The position numbers were made by a program, and so were the translations under genes. DNA of 21,574 nucleotides from Fibrobacteria bacterium. Lineage in GTDB: Bacteria; Fibrobacterota; Fibrobacteria; UBA11236. Shown here piece by piece: positions 1-8,230 of the stretch. Position 1 is the stretch's first letter. Each line of letters begins with the position of its first letter. The notes under the pieces were generated by a model, which saw only the letters and a list, made by a program, of their open reading frames with translations, was not told the DNA's origin and made no database searches. The stretch covers positions 1 through 21,574 of the forward strand of contig JBGTHM010000117.1 in assembly GCA_041746255.1 (NCBI GenBank), read 5' to 3'.

Positions 1-139
1 CTGGATTGAGAAGGACGAAAACCGGTCACTTTGAACCGGATTTTCACCCTCGGGTCAATCGTCCGAACCGGTCATCTTGAACCGGATCGGCCGGTCACTT
101 TGAATCGGATTAGCCGGTCACCATGAACCGGATTTTGCA
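1..139. mobile_element. Terminal region (probably right end) of an IS21-family insertion sequence; element body lies outside the window
   Basis: Four ~20-bp repeats CCGGTCAnnnTGAAyCGGAT at 22, 68, 91 and 114, ending in TTTGCA at 139. The reverse complement reads TGCAAAATCCGGTTCATGGTGACCGG, a TG...CA terminus with several internal transposase-binding repeats, as in IS21-family ends. No istA/istB is visible. Confidence 0.75.
22..133 (+). repeat. Four 20-bp direct repeats with 23-bp periodicity (start-to-start spacings 46, 23, 23)
   Basis: 22-41 ccggtcactttgaaccggat; 68-87 ccggtcatcttgaaccggat; 91-110 ccggtcactttgaatcggat; 114-133 ccggtcaccatgaaccggat. Confidence 0.95.
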
Positions 140-175
140 ACCGGGCACAAAATTCAGGTAGATTTACCTAGTTTC

Positions 176-199
176 AACCCTATCGAATTCGATAGGGTT
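176..199. repeat. Perfect 24-bp palindrome
   Basis: AACCCTATCGAA|TTCGATAGGGTT, with no loop. Confidence 0.9.
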
Positions 200-250
200 A
201 GACGGAAATTATGGATTCGCAAACCCCCAGCTGCAATCCACCCGCCCCCG

Positions 251-982
251 TCAACGCAGGGACCGGCGGATAATTCTGGATAGCAGGATGATACCCGTAA
301 GGTTTCCCGGCTCTTTCAAAGAACCCGAATGCAGCCCCACGATTTCTCCCCGGGCATTCACGTAGGGGGAGCCGCTTGTGCCGCCCAGGATTAATGACTG
401 ATTATCGAACAGACAAAACGTACGTTATCACGCATGGGCCTTGGTCCTCTTGATAATCCTGCAGCTATGGAGCAATTCCCCCGGCTCCTGACCGAAGCGC
501 GGTTCCCCAGCTTGTCGGACAATATCCCCGACTCTCAAGGTATCGAGCGCAAGGGTTCCCCAGGGTATATCCTTTTCGCCTTCGATTCGGAAAATCGCAA
601 GATCGACGTGCTTGTCGTAAAAGGGGTTTTCCGAGGTCAATTCAGGATCATCTCGAATTATCAGAGGGCGGACCGCGAATGTTCGGGCCATTCCATTTTT
701 AATTCCCGTCATTCGTATGGAAGATGCCACCTTATGCAATCCATTCGGAGGGATATCCTCGGGGAGCCCTCCCATAGGGCCGAAAAGATGATGGGCTGTT
801 ACGATATATCCCGTATTTTCCTTATCGGACCCTAGGAAGAAAGCCGTACCCGCGTCAAACTGAAAATCGCCGTGGATAAATGTTGGGCGGGCGACGAAAT
901 TTTCCGGTAAGATCGGATTTTCCCGGCAATAAAGAGAAATTGCCGAGATTAAGAGAAGCGCCGAAAAGATTTTCTTTAACAC
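251..982 (-). pseudogene. Secreted trypsin-like (S1) serine protease interrupted by in-frame TGA-TAA at 430-425
   Basis: The ORF carries TAHH (His) and DLAIF (Asp). Reading through the two stops in the same frame gives RTFCLFDNQSLILGGTSGSPYVNARGEIVGLHSG...RSLR* (stop 253-251), with the catalytic Ser motif GTSGSP (Ser codon 376-374). A likely GTG start at 982 gives the signal-like MLKKIFSALLLISAISLYC. Confidence 0.8.
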
Positions 983-1116
983 TTTATTCAGAATATACTT
1001 AACGTCCGTGTGAAACCAGGGGACTAACCGCCCAATGGGTAACAATACCCCCAGCGCTACCCCGAATCCCAAAATATATTATCGGGTACGACCTTCATCC
1101 CTTCCCAAAGGCATAA

Positions 1117-2889
1117 ATGCAAAATCCAACCCTGCTGCGCCATTGCCGAAAAATATTCCGCCTGCTACCCCTGATTGTCATCCCGGGTTTTGCCCAAATC
1201 GGAATCAACATCAATCTCGCGGAAAGGGGCGGCACCTTCATAGACCTGGTCCGGGAAAGCTACCGATGGAACATCAACGGAACCGCCATCACATCCGCGA
1301 ATGTCGATGCCCAAGGATGGCCCACCGCCGACGCCGACTTCATCTATGACGCCCGGCCGGTAGCCGAATGGGCTGGACAAATCGACGACCCGGAAAAATA
1401 CCGCATCGATATGAGCGGAACCTACAAATGCGCCTTCACCGGTCGGGCCACCTTGTCCGCCTCCGGTGGACGCATCGTAAATCAAACCTATGTCGACTCC
1501 GATAACCGCACCACCTTTGACCTGGTTATCGACGGACCCCCGGGACCCGGCCATGGCTTCCTCATCCTCAAATTCAGCAACACCGTGCGGACCCCGGGAG
1601 CGCAGGCCGGTTCCGGCATCCGCAATTTGAAAATCCACCGGCCAGGATACCCTCTCGATCACCCCGATGTGTTTGCCGCGCCCTTTATCCAGGCCTTGCT
1701 GGGCATCAATTTCGAAGCCATCCGCTTCATGCCCTTCTCCGGCGCCAACGACGTCGACCCCGTTTACCCCAAGGTTACCCACTGGAATCAGCGGAAAACC
1801 CTTGCGGACGCCTCCCAGGCCCGCATGGAACCTTTGGACAAACTGGACGGCGCCTCCTGGGAACTGGTGATTGCCTTGGGCAACCGTCTGCATAAGGATA
1901 TCTGGATCAACGTTCCCGTCAGCGCGACGGAAGATTATATCCGCCAACTGGCCGCTCTCATTCGCGACGGCCTCGAACCGGCCTTGAACGTTTATGTCGA
2001 AAGCGGCAATGAGGTTTGGAATAACATCTTTCCCCAGCATGCTTACAATCTCGCCCAAGCCGCCGCCCTGGGCATAGGAGAACACGAAAACCATGCGCGC
2101 CGCACGGCCCAACTGGCGGACCTGTTCGGACAGGCTTTCGGACCGGGTTCCCTGAACACCCGGGTGCGCGCCATTCTCTGCAGTCACGCCCCCATGCTGA
2201 AATGGTGGGTGGAACCCATGCTCACCTACCTGGACAAGAACCGAGGTAAACCCTCCGGCTACCTCTATGGCATCTCTTCCCAGGCGTATTTTTCCATCGC
2301 TCCGGATGCCGGGCTGAGCATTCCGGAAATTCTGAGCCGCGCCCGCGCCAATATCCTCGGCCAGATAGACGAAAGCGGCGGGGTCAACCAAGCCAGCCGG
2401 CTGCAATGGGTGCAAAAAGCCGCCCAATGGAACCTGCCCGGCGGGTATTTCATCTACGAAGGGGGAAGCCACCCAATCCTGGGCAGTCAAGCCAATCTGG
2501 GCAATACCATAATGGCCGAACGCGACCCCGAAATGGGAGTGCTGTTAAAACTCAATTACACGGAGGGATTCACGGATGTAGGCGGAAAGCTGGCCATGCA
2601 CTTCCTCTTGAGCTCGGCCTATACTCGCTACGGCTGCTTCGGCCTGACCGACGACATCGGCAAACCCGAAAGAAATTCCAAATACGCGGCGATGCGAGAC
2701 CTCGCCGGCGGCTCTACCACGGTACTGCCGCCCGGTTCCCGAGCTTCGGATACCCGCAACCACAACCTTTATCGCAATAGCCGCAAGCCAGAGGTCAGAA
2801 TCCGCAACGGGGCCGCACACAGGGTATACCAATCCGATTGGTACGACTTAAAGGGGGCTTTTCTGGAAAGGGAGGCTATGCCCGAGTGA
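1117..2889 (+). CDS. Secreted glycoside-hydrolase-like protein (GH-A clan-like TIM barrel; family unassigned)
   Basis: Signal peptide ending GFA-Q; motifs IRFM, WINVP, VYVESGNEVWN (putative acid/base NE) and YEGG (putative nucleophile); C-terminal tail with YDLKG. Confidence 0.7.
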   Translation: MQNPTLLRHCRKIFRLLPLIVIPGFAQIGININLAERGGTFIDLVRESYRWNINGTAITSANVDAQGWPTADADFIYDARPVAEWAGQIDDPEKYRIDMSGTYKCAFTGRATLSASGGRIVNQTYVDSDNRTTFDLVIDGPPGPGHGFLILKFSNTVRTPGAQAGSGIRNLKIHRPGYPLDHPDVFAAPFIQALLGINFEAIRFMPFSGANDVDPVYPKVTHWNQRKTLADASQARMEPLDKLDGASWELVIALGNRLHKDIWINVPVSATEDYIRQLAALIRDGLEPALNVYVESGNEVWNNIFPQHAYNLAQAAALGIGEHENHARRTAQLADLFGQAFGPGSLNTRVRAILCSHAPMLKWWVEPMLTYLDKNRGKPSGYLYGISSQAYFSIAPDAGLSIPEILSRARANILGQIDESGGVNQASRLQWVQKAAQWNLPGGYFIYEGGSHPILGSQANLGNTIMAERDPEMGVLLKLNYTEGFTDVGGKLAMHFLLSSAYTRYGCFGLTDDIGKPERNSKYAAMRDLAGGSTTVLPPGSRASDTRNHNLYRNSRKPEVRIRNGAAHRVYQSDWYDLKGAFLEREAMPE

Positions 2890-2957
2890 CGCGCTTGGCA
2901 GTTTTGGGTAGCAATTTCTTGGCCTTACCCCCTGCCAAGGAGAAATAGAACCTGCAT

Positions 2958-2990
2958 TTGCATAACTTGGCGTATATTGGTATAATATAC
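2958..2990 (+). promoter_or_regulatory. Sigma70 promoter of brnTA with an overlapping operator palindrome; probably a leaderless transcript
   Basis: TTGCAT (2958-63), 17 bp, TATAAT (2981-86) with an extended TG. The inverted repeat GTATATT (2972-78) / AATATAC (2984-90) overlaps the -10. ATG is at 2993 with no Shine-Dalgarno (SD). Confidence 0.75.
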
Positions 2991-2992
2991 AA

Positions 2993-3286
2993 ATGGATGA
3001 GCTCGGAACTCTAGAGGGGTTTGACTGGGACCATGGGAACCAGGATAAAAACTGGGAAGCCCATCAAGTGCAATCGGCCGAGTGTGAAATGATTTTCTTC
3101 AATCAGCCGCTCATAATAATCGATGACCAGAAGCACTCTAAATCCGAATCGCGATTCTATGCATTCGGAAAGACGGATTCAGAAAGAAAGCTGCTTATCG
3201 TTTTTTGCATTCGTAAAAACAAAATAAGAGTGATTTCTGCCCGTGATATGCATAAAAAAGAGAGGGCATTTTATGAGTCCAAATAA
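2993..3286 (+). CDS. brnT: BrnT family type II toxin (RelE-like RNase, DUF497)
   Basis: FDWD..N..KN..H, HS..E.RF...G.T...R.L..VF..R...IRVISAR.M...ER..YE. Confidence 0.92.
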   Translation: MDELGTLEGFDWDHGNQDKNWEAHQVQSAECEMIFFNQPLIIIDDQKHSKSESRFYAFGKTDSERKLLIVFCIRKNKIRVISARDMHKKERAFYESK

Positions 3287-3569
3287 AAAGAAGATTCCCA
3301 ATTTTAAATCTGAAGCTGAAGAACGGGCATTCTGGGATAAGGAAAGCCCTCTTGATTACCTCGATAAAAACAAGGCTAAGAAGGTGAAGCTGGCTAATTT
3401 AAAGCCGTCAACAGAGGTCATTTCTCTCAGGCTTCCGGCTGGACTGCTAAATGATATCAAACTGGTTGCCAATAAGAATGATGTTCCTTACCAGTCTTAT
3501 ATGAAAATAATGCTGGCGGAAAAAATTAAAGAGAGCCTGGCCACTTATTCAACAAGCAAGCCGAAGTAA
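3273..3569 (+). CDS. brnA: BrnA/CopG-family antitoxin with C-terminal ribbon-helix-helix (RHH)
   Basis: Overlaps the brnT end; ATG 3273 after GAGAGG; IPNFKSEAEERAFW, then ISLRLP...IK..A....VPYQSYMK..L.E. Confidence 0.88.
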   Translation: MSPNKKKIPNFKSEAEERAFWDKESPLDYLDKNKAKKVKLANLKPSTEVISLRLPAGLLNDIKLVANKNDVPYQSYMKIMLAEKIKESLATYSTSKPK

Positions 3570-3600
3570 AAAAGACGCAAAGGAAGCCAGTTCCGGTTTT

Positions 3601-4137
3601 TTAAGGGGCATCCCAAACTCCACTGCACCCAGTGTCGGAATGCTTTCCGCAGGCATCGGCCCTTAATTTATTCAAGCTTGATTCAAGGAATGAAGAGACT
3701 TCTTTTTCAAAACTGATTTTATATCCGGTGGAGTCAAAAAATAGATCGGCGACTTCAAAATTATTACATCCAAAAATTAATCGAGGAGGGTGTTTATGAC
3801 CCTCGTTGTGAAGTATTACAATAATTTTACTCAAATCATTGCAGATCCTACAGGATGAGACTGGATATTCACTTATTTCTGATTGTTTTGTCGCAGTTGA
3901 AAAAACCTTTTTCCAAAATGTTAAATCACGGCTATAATAATCAGCGATACATCTCACCTCTTTAACGAAATCAACATCACCAACAATGAAATCCTCATGG
4001 CTATTTTGAATGCTTCCCCCTAACACTCTAATTTTGACATATCCTTCTTTAGAAATGGGTTTCTCTGGAATTGGATCGCAATTACAATTCATCCATGTGC
4101 CGAGAATAACACACAAGAATAATGGGATAGTTCGCAT
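3601..4137 (-). CDS. Hypothetical exported or lipoprotein-like Cys-rich protein
   Basis: 178-aa AT-rich ORF with GGAG RBS and a hydrophobic N-terminus followed by Cys; no recognisable family. Confidence 0.6.
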   Translation of the reverse strand: MRTIPLFLCVILGTWMNCNCDPIPEKPISKEGYVKIRVLGGSIQNSHEDFIVGDVDFVKEVRCIADYYSRDLTFWKKVFSTATKQSEISEYPVSSCRICNDLSKIIVILHNEGHKHPPRLIFGCNNFEVADLFFDSTGYKISFEKEVSSFLESSLNKLRADACGKHSDTGCSGVWDAP

Positions 4138-4189
4138 AAACTTTCTCCGGTCTCTGATTAACCAAAAGGTTTCGTGCGACCCCTGGCCA

Positions 4190-4255
4190 CTAGAGGCGCT
4201 TCAGGCAGCGCTTATAGTCCTTCTTGAACTGATTCGTATAAGCCGGTTGCCACAT
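4190..4255 (-). pseudogene. yafQ: Truncated YafQ/RelE-family toxin (first ~20 codons only)
   Basis: ATG overlaps the dinJ stop (TGATG) and translates to MWQPAYTNQFKKDYKRCLKRL*, matching a YafQ N-terminus (YT.QFKKD.K...KR); stop at 4192-4190. Confidence 0.8.
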
Positions 4256-4515
4256 CAGTCGCTCAGGCTCTTGAACATCTCGTCAGCGTCCTTGAAGCGC
4301 TTGACGGAGTGGCCGGCCTTGGCATCCTTCATGGCTTTGCGGGTAGTGGCGTTAGGAATCCGGACCTCGAAGGGGAGGCCCTCGTTGAGGGCGACCTGCT
4401 TGTAAAATAGGTTGATAGCCGAAGTGGTACTGAGCCCCAACTTCTCAAAAATTTTCTCAACCTGCTCCTTTAGCCGGGAATCGGTCCTGGCCCTAATCAT
4501 CGCTGTTCTGGACAT
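4255..4515 (-). CDS. dinJ: RelB/DinJ family antitoxin
   Basis: IRAR.D..LK.....IF..LGLS.T.AINLF..QV....GLPFEV.IPN..T..A; GAGGTG RBS. Confidence 0.92.
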   Translation of the reverse strand: MSRTAMIRARTDSRLKEQVEKIFEKLGLSTTSAINLFYKQVALNEGLPFEVRIPNATTRKAMKDAKAGHSVKRFKDADEMFKSLSD

Positions 4516-4543
4516 AATTCACCTCTTGGATAGATAAGATAAA

Positions 4544-4563
4544 TGTACCTCATTTGGGATACA
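4544..4563. promoter_or_regulatory. Putative DinJ autoregulatory operator
   Basis: Imperfect palindrome TGTACCTCATTTGGGATACA, overlapping a TACATT -10 candidate on the minus strand about 30-50 bp upstream of dinJ. Confidence 0.55.
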
Positions 4564-4635
4564 AAAGTAAGTGGAGCTTCGAGCTTTCGCCGGGTGGGTG
4601 GTTTAAGCTGGTGGCCGGGCTGGCCCCTAAAAGGG

Positions 4636-4662
4636 TGAATTGTCACCCTGAGACACCGGACA
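4636..4662 (+). repeat. Direct repeat copy 1, resembling an IS3-family terminal inverted repeat
   Basis: TGAATTGTCACCCTGAGACACCGGACA; near-identical to 6556-6580; TG start and GGACA end. Confidence 0.55.
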
Positions 4663-4680
4663 ACTAATTGAGAAGGGGGT

Positions 4681-4876
4681 ATGAGTCGAAATAAAAAGAA
4701 GATTCCCAATTTTAAATCCGAAGCTGAAGAGCGGGCATTCTGGGAAAAGGAAAGCCCTCTTGATTACATCGATAAAAACAAGGCTAAGAAGGTGAAGCTG
4801 GCTAATTTAAAGCCGTCAACCTAGGTCATTTCTCTCGGGCATCCGGCTGGACTGCTAAGAGATATTAAATTTAGTT
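4681..4876 (+). pseudogene. brnA: Second brnA copy; open for 47 codons (4681-4824), then GAG>TAG; homology stops near 4876
   Basis: Near-identical DNA to 3273-3467; strong RBS GAAGGGGGT; TAG at 4822-24 where copy 1 has Glu48. Confidence 0.9.
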
Positions 4877-5047
4877 CTACCAAGGATTCATAGTCCTTCA
4901 TGGTCTTTTCAGAAAGTTTTTGTTCCACCCCCGAAAAGTTGGCCTAAGCCAGTAAACGACCCAAGCCGAATCCAAGGAAACCCCCAGAATGGCCCACGTT
5001 ACTTCAAACCCTCCGGGAAAGTCCCTGACCTCGCTAAAAAGGTTTTA

Positions 5048-5314
5048 GTGGTAGGAGCGTATTCGGATTTGATGTATCGAGTCAGCATGGCTTACCTGAG
5101 GGACAATATTTCCAAGTCGGTTATAACCGAAAATTACACCGGGAACAAAGAAGAAATTGGTGAAAATGAAAAACGCATACTCTTTCTTGGGTATGCCGGA
5201 GGCGAAAATGTATTCAAATACTTTGCGAATAATTCCATGGAAACCATGAAAAAACATAAGGAAATTAAACAGTCAATTAAGACTTTGAAGCCTGTCAAAC
5301 CCGGTTCGAATTAA
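5048..5314 (+). CDS. Small hypothetical protein or gene remnant (alternative ATG at 5072)
   Basis: AT-rich 80-88-codon ORF, co-oriented with the next gene; no motif recognised. Confidence 0.35.
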   Translation: MVGAYSDLMYRVSMAYLRDNISKSVITENYTGNKEEIGENEKRILFLGYAGGENVFKYFANNSMETMKKHKEIKQSIKTLKPVKPGSN

Positions 5315-5371
5315 TTCGGATTCTATATTCACCCCCAATCCACCCGAAACTCAGAAATTCCTGGAAATGAT

Positions 5372-6520
5372 ATGGAATCCTATAATTCTCGGATAGGAAA
5401 GAAACTTGCTGTTTTTATCGCTACCGTCCTTTTTTTACTTTTTTTGCCAATCGGTATTGCGAAATTATTTTATGGCATAATCCCCGATACCGCCCACACC
5501 ATAAATCCCCATTACCTGACATCCGACGGGCAGCAATTTCGTTTGCAAGGGTTTAAAGAAAATGTGAATGTAAAATCCGCCGTGTTATCGCGTGCCAACA
5601 CACCGAAGGGCCTCGGGAAAAAAATCCTTTTTTACGACCATGAGGGACGATGGTATGTTTTTCAGAACGACACCGGAGAAGTAGAAGATCTCACGCTAAG
5701 GCTGCATACATCATCTCGAAAAGCCAGGTTGAAATCCAATGTTACCGTCACCGGTTATTCTTCGATGGGCTATTCACATAAAACCACATTCAGTGATGGC
5801 ACCTACATTCAAACCAAGCCCGGCGTGGTCGGCGCCATGCAAGTATTCGCGCCCATGGAATCGCAGGTTGATATTGAGGACTTGCTTACCTCCATGGATA
5901 TCTTCCAGGAACGCGAAGATCTGACTCGTAGTATGAAGTGGCTTATTAAGAATAAATTCCCGGTCGGAATTGCCTTCCTTCTGACCTATTCTTTAATTTG
6001 GGTATTGGGAATTCTGCTTGGAGGAGAATGGGCCGCAAAGGTCACTCCTGAAAAAGGAACTCCCGTAAAAGCGCTGAAAGATTTAAAAAATGAGATTCTG
6101 GCGATGAATGCGCTCGACATCCCCTTTAAGTTCCTGGTTACCGGCCCCGAAACCCTTTCGGTAGTTTGGAGGGAGGATGAAAAGTGGAAGGAACTGCTGG
6201 AGGATTGGACATCCGACACCCGATATAGTTTTAACATTCGATTCCGGGAGAAGAACCATTCCGTCTCCGTGATGGAAACCTTCCGAACCGTCCATGAACA
6301 TAGGGGGTTTTTGAAGTTTTTCATATTTGCATACTTTTCCCGGTCGATATCGATTTTCGTCTATAGGAAGGATATGCCCTGTGCGCTTAAATACAACTCG
6401 GGAAAACTGGTGTTTACCGGCAGGAAATTCACAGCGGACCTCCAAGAGGTCAGAAATCCGCTGATTGAAATGTGCGTTTTCAATGGATGGTCCTATAATC
6501 CAAAGGTCACGTTCCTATAA
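5372..6520 (+). CDS. Hypothetical membrane protein
   Basis: 382-aa ORF with hydrophobic segments at about aa 12-34 and 197-217 separating two soluble domains. Confidence 0.75.
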   Translation: MESYNSRIGKKLAVFIATVLFLLFLPIGIAKLFYGIIPDTAHTINPHYLTSDGQQFRLQGFKENVNVKSAVLSRANTPKGLGKKILFYDHEGRWYVFQNDTGEVEDLTLRLHTSSRKARLKSNVTVTGYSSMGYSHKTTFSDGTYIQTKPGVVGAMQVFAPMESQVDIEDLLTSMDIFQEREDLTRSMKWLIKNKFPVGIAFLLTYSLIWVLGILLGGEWAAKVTPEKGTPVKALKDLKNEILAMNALDIPFKFLVTGPETLSVVWREDEKWKELLEDWTSDTRYSFNIRFREKNHSVSVMETFRTVHEHRGFLKFFIFAYFSRSISIFVYRKDMPCALKYNSGKLVFTGRKFTADLQEVRNPLIEMCVFNGWSYNPKVTFL

Positions 6521-6555
6521 ACCGGCAGCATACCCTCAATGTTCCTCCCTCCAGC

Positions 6556-6580
6556 TGAACTGTCACCCTAACACCGGACA
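6556..6580 (+). repeat. Direct repeat copy 2, IS3-family-like end
   Basis: TGAACTGTCACCCTAACACCGGACA. Confidence 0.55.
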
Positions 6581-6780
6581 ATTCAACAATCCGGCCATGG
6601 CTTTATGCCCTTAACCTACGCCAACAACGTCGACCTCAAGGTTATCCATTGGTTCCCATTTCCCCACAAATCGAAATCCCGGACTCAGGAAGAATGGATA
6701 TCGGAGGCACCGTAGGTTGAAAAAAATTGCGTAATTTGAGAAGGATGCCCAAATTTTGACCAATTTGAAGGGTTTCGAGG

Positions 6781-6817
6781 TGGACGAGAGTGTAAAGTAA
6801 AGTGTAAATTAGAATCT
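6781..6817 (+). promoter_or_regulatory. Candidate leaderless promoter with a tandem operator-like repeat
   Basis: TGGACG (6781-86), 18 bp, TAAATT (6805-10), 7 nt, ATG. AGTGTAAA is repeated at 6789-96 and 6801-08. No SD. Confidence 0.45.
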
Positions 6818-7606
6818 ATGCCCCAGCAATTACCTCGCATCAAATTGAAAAGCTCCCCACTGTCTCTGGTTTTGGTACAGGCAAGATTTCCATCGCTAAT
6901 CGATTTCGAGGCCAAACAGGATCTTCTGCGCAGGCCCCTGGAAAAGCTGGGATATGTGGTATTTCGCCCTGGACAAGAATCAGTAGTTCGCTTTGTATCC
7001 GGTAAGCCGGAATCCGTCGAATTCTCGCGTTGGGATTTCCTGGATAAATCGTTGGCATGGAATGTCGTTGTGACGAAAGAGTACCTGCTGCTAATGACCA
7101 CGCAATACGATGTCTTTGAAGATTTCCAGCAAAGATGGGCCAATGTCTTGGAAGCAGCGAAGTCATTGGAAATTCCCATCGTAGAGAGGTTGGGGTTACG
7201 CTACCTTGATGTGATTGAACCAGGCTCGCAAGAAAGTGTAGCCGATTACCTGGACTCGAGTTTCTCCGGCCCCAGCCTGAAATGGGATGATGCCCTCGAA
7301 TTGACGGGCCATCATGTCGTCAGCGAGATAAAATCGAAAACCGGTAAGCTGGTGATCCGACGATATCCCAAAGGCGGAAAGGGATCGTTACCCTCCGATC
7401 TGCATGCGCCACATATTAGGGCAAGGTCTGTCAAGGCTGATGCGGCATTCCTCGACTTCGATCATTTTACCGAAGAGATTCAAGATTTCGAAGTGGATTC
7501 TTTGGTTCGAAAAACCGGTGAGTTACATCATAATACCGATTTGGCTTTCCGCAACATCATCACCCCGCATGCCAAGGCCGTATGGGGATGGGAGGAGCTC
7601 ACATGA
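6818..7606 (+). CDS. TIGR04255-family protein
   Basis: PL..VL.Q.RFP N-terminus, TT.Y..FE.F, RLGLRYLD and LDFD motifs; 262 aa. Confidence 0.8.
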   Translation: MPQQLPRIKLKSSPLSLVLVQARFPSLIDFEAKQDLLRRPLEKLGYVVFRPGQESVVRFVSGKPESVEFSRWDFLDKSLAWNVVVTKEYLLLMTTQYDVFEDFQQRWANVLEAAKSLEIPIVERLGLRYLDVIEPGSQESVADYLDSSFSGPSLKWDDALELTGHHVVSEIKSKTGKLVIRRYPKGGKGSLPSDLHAPHIRARSVKADAAFLDFDHFTEEIQDFEVDSLVRKTGELHHNTDLAFRNIITPHAKAVWGWEELT

Positions 7607-8226
7607 GTGAGGTGGAGATTCAAGCCAAAGGAAGTGGATCCGAGAACTATTTGCCCGATGAAGCCACATTGAAAACTTTTTTTGAATCTTATTGGCCCTA
7701 TTCGCAGGCTACAGGCAGCGTTTACTGGAAACCGATTTCATTGAATCCCACTACAGGGACTGTATGGAGCGTTTCTGAAAAAGATGAAGCGAAACGCCTG
7801 ATCAAGGAAATTCAGGATAAATTGAGTTTGACTATCGGGGAAATTTCCAAGCTGTTGGCCGTTAGCCGTCAAGCCGTCCATAGTTGGATGCGCGGTGGGG
7901 CCATAAGTCCGACAAAACGAAAAAATCTGGAACAGCTGCATGAGTGGGCGCAAATTTGGGCCGAAAAAAGTGGTAACCAGTTCCCTGACACCAGTAGTTG
8001 GTTCCCCATCCGCGGCGAATCCATACTGAATATTATCGCTAAAGAGGGCGCGTCCAGTCCGGAAGGAAAGCGGGCCTGGGAAGCCTTTATGGCGGAACAA
8101 TTGGAGACTCTCGAGAGACGGGCTAAAATTCCTTCCGCTAAGGAAATTCTTGAAAGAATGGGTGCTTCCATGCCTTCCGAGGAAGGACAGGAAAGAACCC
8201 TGCGCCGCAATTTAGGCAGAATATGA
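7603..8226 (+). CDS. XRE/Cro-like HTH protein with an N-terminal aromatic/Ser/Thr-rich extension
   Basis: ATGA overlap with the upstream stop and a GGAGGAG RBS; LSLTIGEISKLLAVSRQAVHSWMRG helix-turn-helix. Confidence 0.8.
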   Translation: MSEVEIQAKGSGSENYLPDEATLKTFFESYWPYSQATGSVYWKPISLNPTTGTVWSVSEKDEAKRLIKEIQDKLSLTIGEISKLLAVSRQAVHSWMRGGAISPTKRKNLEQLHEWAQIWAEKSGNQFPDTSSWFPIRGESILNIIAKEGASSPEGKRAWEAFMAEQLETLERRAKIPSAKEILERMGASMPSEEGQERTLRRNLGRI

Positions 8227-8230
8227 GCGG

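Noticed and set aside
22..133. Possible CRISPR array
   Set aside because: Gaps between repeats are 26, 3 and 3 nt, there are no cas genes, and the TGCA terminus fits an IS21 end.
1165..2490. 441-aa minus-strand ORF
   Set aside because: Antisense shadow of the GC-rich glycoside hydrolase gene; no motifs.
4145..4192. GGGGTCGCACGAAACC (minus strand) at the yafQ breakpoint as a transposon end
   Set aside because: No partner repeat in the window and no confident family match.
4877..5047. Protein-like minus-strand fragment (EVRDFPGGFEVTWAILGVSLDSAWVVYWLRP)
   Set aside because: No start codon or recognisable family; it may be a remnant but cannot be supported.
6590..6715. Short plus-strand frame (MPLTYANNVDLKVIHWFPF...) after the IS3-like end
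   Set aside because: Under 40 codons, with no RBS or recognisable motif.
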